Shown here one piece after another: positions 57,258 through 64,000 of a stretch of DNA of 64,000 nt (position 1 is its first letter; each line of letters starts with the position of its first letter). Origin of the DNA: Octopus vulgaris (lineage: Eukaryota). The position numbers and the translations under genes were made by a program. A model generated the notes under the pieces. The model saw only the letters and a list, made by a program, of their open reading frames with translations, did not search any database and was not told where the DNA came from. The stretch is from the NCBI GenBank assembly GCA_951406725.2, contig OX597823.1, positions 107,260,001-107,324,000 of the forward strand, in the 5' to 3' direction.

Positions 57258-57800
57258 GAGTGAGCGAGCAGAGCATGCCATCAAAGTGACACTGGGGTAA
57301 AATATACGAAGCCCAGTATACCCATCATGACTACCCGTCTGATAAGGGTACACCAGGCACATGCATCACAACCATATGTGCGCGACATGGTGATCTCATA
57401 TCAAGATAAACAGCACATGACCTTGCAGGTGGAGCCCAGTTAGAATTTTCTTCAGATCGAGTAGCCCATCCCGCTCAAAAGGTCCCTGAATAAGGGTTGT
57501 TTAAGGACGTTGAACGAAACACCCATGTTTCCAGAGGTGAATTATTCAAACCCCAAAGAATCCTTCTCAACACATGGCTATGATGCTCCCCCACTACTTC
57601 TGCTCGTGATCAGAGATGCACATATCGTCAGCCACTAAGGGACATGCTCAACTGGTTAAGGTCAAACAACTGACAAGCAAATCTGTGGTATTGAGCAGAA
57701 TATTTGCTGTAGCCCATCTTTTATACCAAGACAAAACAATGTACATGATAACACTTCCAATCAGTTAAGATCAGAAGCCATGAGAGCCACTGCCTGGTAC
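57258..57800 (-). mobile_element. Non-coding TAA-targeted retroposon, copy 3 (longest)
   Basis: Same left terminus as copies 1 and 2, flanked by (TTA)n. Confidence 0.9.
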
Positions 57801-57821
57801 ATTATTATTATTATTATTATT

Positions 57822-57880
<59 letters not shown>

Positions 57881-58631
57881 TATTATTATCGTCGTTGTTA
57901 CTGTTGTTATTTATATGAGGAACAAAAAATAGTTTCTTTTCGTTCCCGTTCAGTAAAAGGTTCACCATTATTTGACCTCAATTAAAATATTTCTATCGCT
58001 TGGTTCGTCAATTTAAAGTATTTTATTCAATATCTGTACTCTTTCGCTCGTCCTTTCCTTTCCTCTACCCGACCACTTTCTATCTTCGTATTCTGATAAC
58101 TAATTTTGTTTGTTTTGTTATATGAGGGGCTCCCAAAGTACAGAACTGAAGACCTACTGTCTATTTTATTGTCTTATAATTGTTACTGTTTTCGTTGTTT
58201 ATCTTTTTATCGCCCTCATGTTCTCGCTCTTTCTCCATCTCTTTCAAACTCTATTTCTTACACTTGCAGTAGCTTCCTCCTTACGCTATAACTGACTAGA
58301 CATACACCGCAAAGCCATCGATAGTATCTTTGCTTTAGTGTCTAATCGCCGCCAGGTTGACGCCTTGAAACCTCTACGAACAAGCAAATGAATCTTCTTT
58401 TTCCGTTGTGTCTCATTCTACTAAATACCTCAAACATGGGAGCCATCAAAGCATTCTACAACGAATTAAATGGTAATTTTGAACGGTAGTTATTTTGAGG
58501 AGAGAGGATTAGGTAGTGGAATCGACCCGGTACTAAGCTGGTACTTATTTCATCGAACCCGAAATGATAAATGGCAAAGCTGGAGGATCTATTCAATCTC
58601 AGTAAGCGATTTTTTAATTGATTTTTTTTTT

Positions 58632-59052
58632 TTTAGCTAAACAGTTTGAAACTTCGGATACTGGTTGAATGTGCCATGTAGGACACGGTTTACTCTTAAC
58701 GTTTTTGACAAAATTTTGAATTTTAGAACTTATTTCGTGTTAAAGTTGTCGTATTTGGGTAATCTTATCAAGTCAATGACGGGTATTCAGGTGAAAAAAG
58801 TACTGCTGTTTGCGAAAGTAATGGAAGAGCAACAACTTGCGGGTTATCTGGTCACAAGAGAGAGAGAGGGAGAAAGGGAGAGAGGGAGAGAAGGAGAGAG
58901 GGAGAGAGGGAGAGAGAGAGGTGGGATAAAAATAGAAAAGATAAGAAAGGTGGGTGAGAAAAACAGAAAGTTCCGTTATATGGAATGTCAAAAACGTTAA
59001 GAGTAAACCGTGTTCTACGTGACACTTTCAACCAGTTTCAAACTTTTTAGTT
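58632..59052. mobile_element. Foldback/MITE with long inverted repeats
   Basis: ctggttgaatgtgccatgtaggacacggtttactcttaacgtttttgaca (58661-58710) mirrored at ~58986-59036; partial copy at ~49815-49900. Confidence 0.8.
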
Positions 59053-59164
59053 TTTAAAAAATAATTTTAAAATTTGTGGCTGCGATTGAATAGATCCAAG
59101 TTGGGCTTCATAGTATTTCTGTTGCACCAGAGATTACGCCATTCTACTGCTCCTGGTAATATAT

Positions 59165-59997
59165 ATGTGTATGTATGTATGTATGTATGTATGTATGTAT
59201 GTATGTATGTATGTATGTATGTATGTATGTATGTATGTATACGTACGTACGTATGTATGTATGTATGTATGCATGTATATGTATGTATGTACGTACGTAC
59301 GTACGTATGTATGTATTTATGTATGTATGTATGCATGCATGTATATATGTATGTATGTATGTATTTATGTAAGTATGTATGTACGTACGTACGTATGTAT
59401 GTATTTATGCATGTATGTATGTACGTACGTATGTATGTATGCATGCATGTATGTATGTATGTATGTATGTATGTATGTATGTATGTATGTACGTATGCAT
59501 GCATGTATATATGTATGTATGTATGTATTTATGTATGTATGTACGTACGTACGTATGTATGTATGCATGCATGTATATATGTATGTATGTATGTACGTAC
59601 GTACGTATGTATGTATGTGTGTATGTATGTATCTATGCATGCATGTATATATGTATGTATGCATGCATGTATATATGTATGTATGCATGCATGCATGTAT
59701 ATATGTGTGTATGTATGTATGTATGTACATACGTATATATGTATGTATGCATGCATGCATGTATATATGTGTGTATGTATGCATGTATGTATGTACGTAC
59801 GTATGTATGTATGTAGGTATGTATGTATGCATGTATGTATGTATGTATGTATTTATGTATGTATGTATGTATGTACGTACGTACGTATGTATGTATGTAT
59901 GTATGCATGCTTGTATATATGTATGTATGCATGTATTTATGTATGTATGTACGTACGTACGTATGTATGTATGTATATATGTATGCATGCGTGCATG

Positions 59998-60031
<34 letters not shown>

Positions 60032-60106
60032 TGTATGTATGTATGTATGTATGTATGTATGTATATATGTACGTACGTACGTACGTATGTATGTATGTAT
60101 GTATGT
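59165..60106. repeat. ~940-bp degenerate (TATG)n array
   Basis: Direct reading, with TACG/CATG variants. Confidence 0.98.
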
Positions 60107-60914
60107 GAATGAACTAGGTGTGACTACAAAAGTGATAGACCTCAAAATCAATGGAAATACAGTACAATATTTAGTGAATTATTGAGGTACGCATGTATTC
60201 GGTCAAGTCAAGATTACAAAACCACGAAAAATCAGCAACAAAAAAAAAAGAGCAAAAGAAACAGGCACCACCAGTGGGTAGACACCTCCCCACCTCCGGG
60301 TATTAGATCGCTCACTGGAAACAACGCTTTCAAGAATGATTGCAAGATCTTGGCAAAGATCCTATTATGTGTTGTATCAAACAATGTATTGATATAAATA
60401 TTAAAAATTAATAATAAAAAAAGTTAGTGTTAACATTAAAAATTAACGCAAATTAAAATTTGGAAATTGGAAATTAAAAATGAATAGTTAAAAAATATTG
60501 AAACATAAAAAGTTGAATATATTTAAAAACAGAAATTTTTAATAAAATTATAAAATACTTTTTAAAAATAAATATTATAAAATGAACTAAAAATAAAATT
60601 AAAAACAGAACTAAATATTAAAAATTGAAGTAATAAAACAAAATTTATATTTAGAAATAATTTTAAGAAAAATTCGAATTTGCAATTTAAGATATATGTA
60701 ATTTTTTTTAATGTTAGAATAGAGTGTGTAAAAGTTTTAAAAAATTACAATTATTGACTTAAAGGAAAAAGAAAGGAAAACGTTCAATTGATAGTAAAGT
60801 AAAATGAACAGTGACATTGAATTTTAAAGTTGTAAAATGCGAGAGAAAAAGTGATATACATACATATATTTACACGCACACGTGCAATCAAATGCCCATA
60901 AATCCTTTAAAATG

Positions 60915-61307
60915 TTTCAGTCCTTTGACTGCGGCCATGCTGCAGCACCATCTTTAGTCGAACAAATCGACCCCAAAACTTATTCTTTGTAAGCCTAGTA
61001 CTTACTCTATCGGTCTCTTTTGCCGAATCGCTAAGTGACGGGGACATAATCATATCAGCATTGCTTGTCAAGTGATTTGGGGGCAGGGGACACCAACACA
61101 AATAACAAACACACACATACATATATATGAATATATATATATACGACGGGCTTCTTTCAGCTTCCGTCTACCAAATCCACTCACAAGGCTTTGGTCGGCC
61201 CGAGGCTATAGTAGAAGACACTTGCCCAAGATACTCCGCAGTGGGGCTGAACCGGGAACCATGTGGTGGGTAAGCAAGCTTCTTACCGCACAGTCACTCC
61301 TGCGCCT
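60915..61307 (-). mobile_element. tRNA-derived SINE family A, near full length
   Basis: Collinear with 30648-31081. Confidence 0.92.
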
Positions 61308-61326
61308 ATAAAAGAGAAGTAGCTTA

Positions 61327-61398
61327 TGACCCCCATGTAATTCGAACACGCAGCCTTCTGATCAGGAATCAGACGCACCACCGTTACGTCACAATTTA
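61327..61398 (-). pseudogene. tRNA-Trp(CCA)-derived pseudogene
   Basis: Minus strand gtgacgtaacggtggtgcgtctgattcctgatcagaaggctgcgtgttcgaattacatgggggtca follows metazoan tRNA-Trp; anticodon loop and 5' acceptor strand are mutated. Confidence 0.8.
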
Positions 61399-61419
61399 AT
61401 TTACCCATACCTTAATGTG

Positions 61420-62480
61420 AATTATGTTAACAGTTACTCAAATTCATTCCTACTGTACTGTCCGAAATTCTATTAATGCTTTTCTCATTGGTCCGCGGAA
61501 TAGACAGGGATTCTTCGGAGCAGTGTCGACATCTGAAAATAATATATGGTTTTGCGTGCCTTGCGATAGACCAAGTTATGTTATACTTAATTTTATCTTC
61601 CCTAAGTCGACACACAAAATCAGCCAAAAATGTTGAATTTCTCTTATTGATTTTCTTGAAGCTGGCGACATGGTTGCGATAACGATTCTTGAATGAATCA
61701 GCTGATGCCTCAATGTAAACATACACCACCCAGCATCTTGTGTGCAAGATTTGTACTCATACAGAGGATCGTGAATGGACATTTTGATTTTTCTCTGCAT
61801 GAGCACTCATATTTATGTGTACATATGATAGCTCTGACTTTATTTCCCGACGTAGTTACCGTGTTAGCTACATCACAATTATTTCCGCTAACACAATTTG
61901 ACCATATCAAGTGTTTTTCATTATGGTTTACATCGTCTTTCTTGGTATTTTGCTATATATACGTTTGCTATTTCCACTAGGTGAGTTATTGAACTGTTGC
62001 TTCATTTTACTACTGTTATTGCAGTGCATATCTTGCTCTAGATTAATAGAGTTAGCGTAAGATACCTTCACAGTGTGCCTATTACAAATAGCATGGTATC
62101 TATTTGTTTAGGGAAACATTTGTCTAAAGCAGCAAAAAATTTCATTGCAATCTTGGTTGAAACATGTGAACCGAAGATTAGGTTGTATCAGAAGACATCA
62201 TGATTCCTATATTTGTTGTCTGGCGTGTTTGTTCTAATATGTTGCATCCCTAGAGCTTTCGTGAAGTCATCAAGTAATTTCCTAATTTTCTGCTGATGTA
62301 TATTGTATCTTCTACGGTATTTCCTGAATCTCGCGTTTTTAACTATACTTTCCCTTCAAATCTGGATTTAATACGTTTTTCGTTGTATTACGCCTTTGTT
62401 TCTTTTTTCCATCTATTATTTTATCATTGATTTTCGATATAATTTAAGCTATACCGTTTAATTCGTTGCTTCTCTTTACG
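61420..62480 (-). mobile_element. Decayed Penelope-like (Naiad-like) element: RT thumb plus GIY-YIG endonuclease
   Basis: LDKCFP..RYHAICNRHTVKVSY, CSCREKSKCP..C, YI.....FKNRYRNHVASF...ST.LADFV..L...ITWSI..AKPY...C..C..E. Confidence 0.85.
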
Positions 62481-62505
62481 TAGAGAAGATACATTGCAGA
62501 ATTGT

Positions 62506-63050
<545 letters not shown>

Positions 63051-63065
63051 TATATATACATATAA

Positions 63066-63125
<60 letters not shown>

Positions 63126-63434
63126 GGATGAAATCGTTAAAAATTCTATCAGTGGCCACCTTATAAAATAGACCTATTAAGGTGAATTCATATATAGAGA
63201 CTATATAATAGCATGAAATACAGTTATAATTAACAGGATAGAAGAGATTATGCCAATGCTGAAAATAGACGCTAAATCGTTAAACCACTTTTATAGTACA
63301 CACGAGCTGAAATCGAGCGAGTGGGTACGATAAAAGTGATTATTTTAAGTGGTTTGACGATTTAGCGTCTATTTTCAGCATTGGCATGGTCTTTTTTATG
63401 CCCTAAATTATAATTCCTTTTTATACTATTATAA

Positions 63435-63506
<72 letters not shown>

Positions 63507-64000
63507 GCACACATATGTACATACATGCATACACATACGTATATACGTGCATGCACGCACACATACATACATGATTTACATACTGATGCATACACGCACA
63601 ACGCAAACTCATAAAATATATGCGAGAAGGACTCACCCCTTGGACAATTGTAATAAAAGACAAAACAAATTAAATTCATATCGTATTTTGATTTTCAATT
63701 CTTAACTTCAGTTCTTATTTTTTATAAGACCAACTTCTTAATTTTAGAATTAATTTTTAATATTAATATTCAATCCTTTGATTCATTTTCCATTTTTTAA
63801 ATCTTTAACTTTTAAGGTTTTTCGAAAAGCTTATATTTGCTTTTTAATTTTTAGGTAATTATTTTAACCTAAATACAACATCTCTTGATTTTAATTTCTA
63901 AGAAGCTGTGCAATCTATCCTTTAATTTTCTTTGTTTAATATTCCATGTATATCTATATATTATCTAAAGCAAGACATAATAGGATCTTTACCGAGATCT

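Noticed and set aside
59074-60185. Long MYVC-repeat ORFs
   Set aside because: Translations of the (TATG)n microsatellite
61327-61398. Functional tRNA with altered anticodon
   Set aside because: Acceptor stem cannot pair and the D arm is mutated; pseudogene
61420-61810. Selenocysteine-type Naiad
   Set aside because: No convincing in-frame UGA at a conserved Cys position and no SECIS seen; the copy is too decayed to judge

Overview
AT-rich, microsatellite-saturated animal non-coding DNA. The SINE repertoire resembles what I recall from octopus genomes; this is an inference and was not searched. I recognise no intact host protein-coding gene, and nearly all listed ORFs are translations of simple repeats. 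The window is a mosaic of transposon relics: an R4/Dong-type RLE non-LTR element in (TAA)n, three copies of a second non-coding TAA-targeted retroposon, two Naiad-like Penelope elements, CR1/Jockey/RTE/L1-like LINE fragments, a decayed hAT transposase, an internally deleted mariner, a non-autonomous Helitron, hAT/piggyBac-like MITEs, several tRNA-derived SINE families and a tRNA-Trp pseudogene. The best leads are a type I hammerhead ribozyme in the loop of a perfect ~79-bp inverted repeat (17.4 kb), a Penelope element with inverted pseudo-LTRs whose endonuclease is replaced by a low-complexity ORF (37.4-40.4 kb), the TAA-targeted non-coding retroposon with a structured 3' end, and a visible SINE/LINE tail match.
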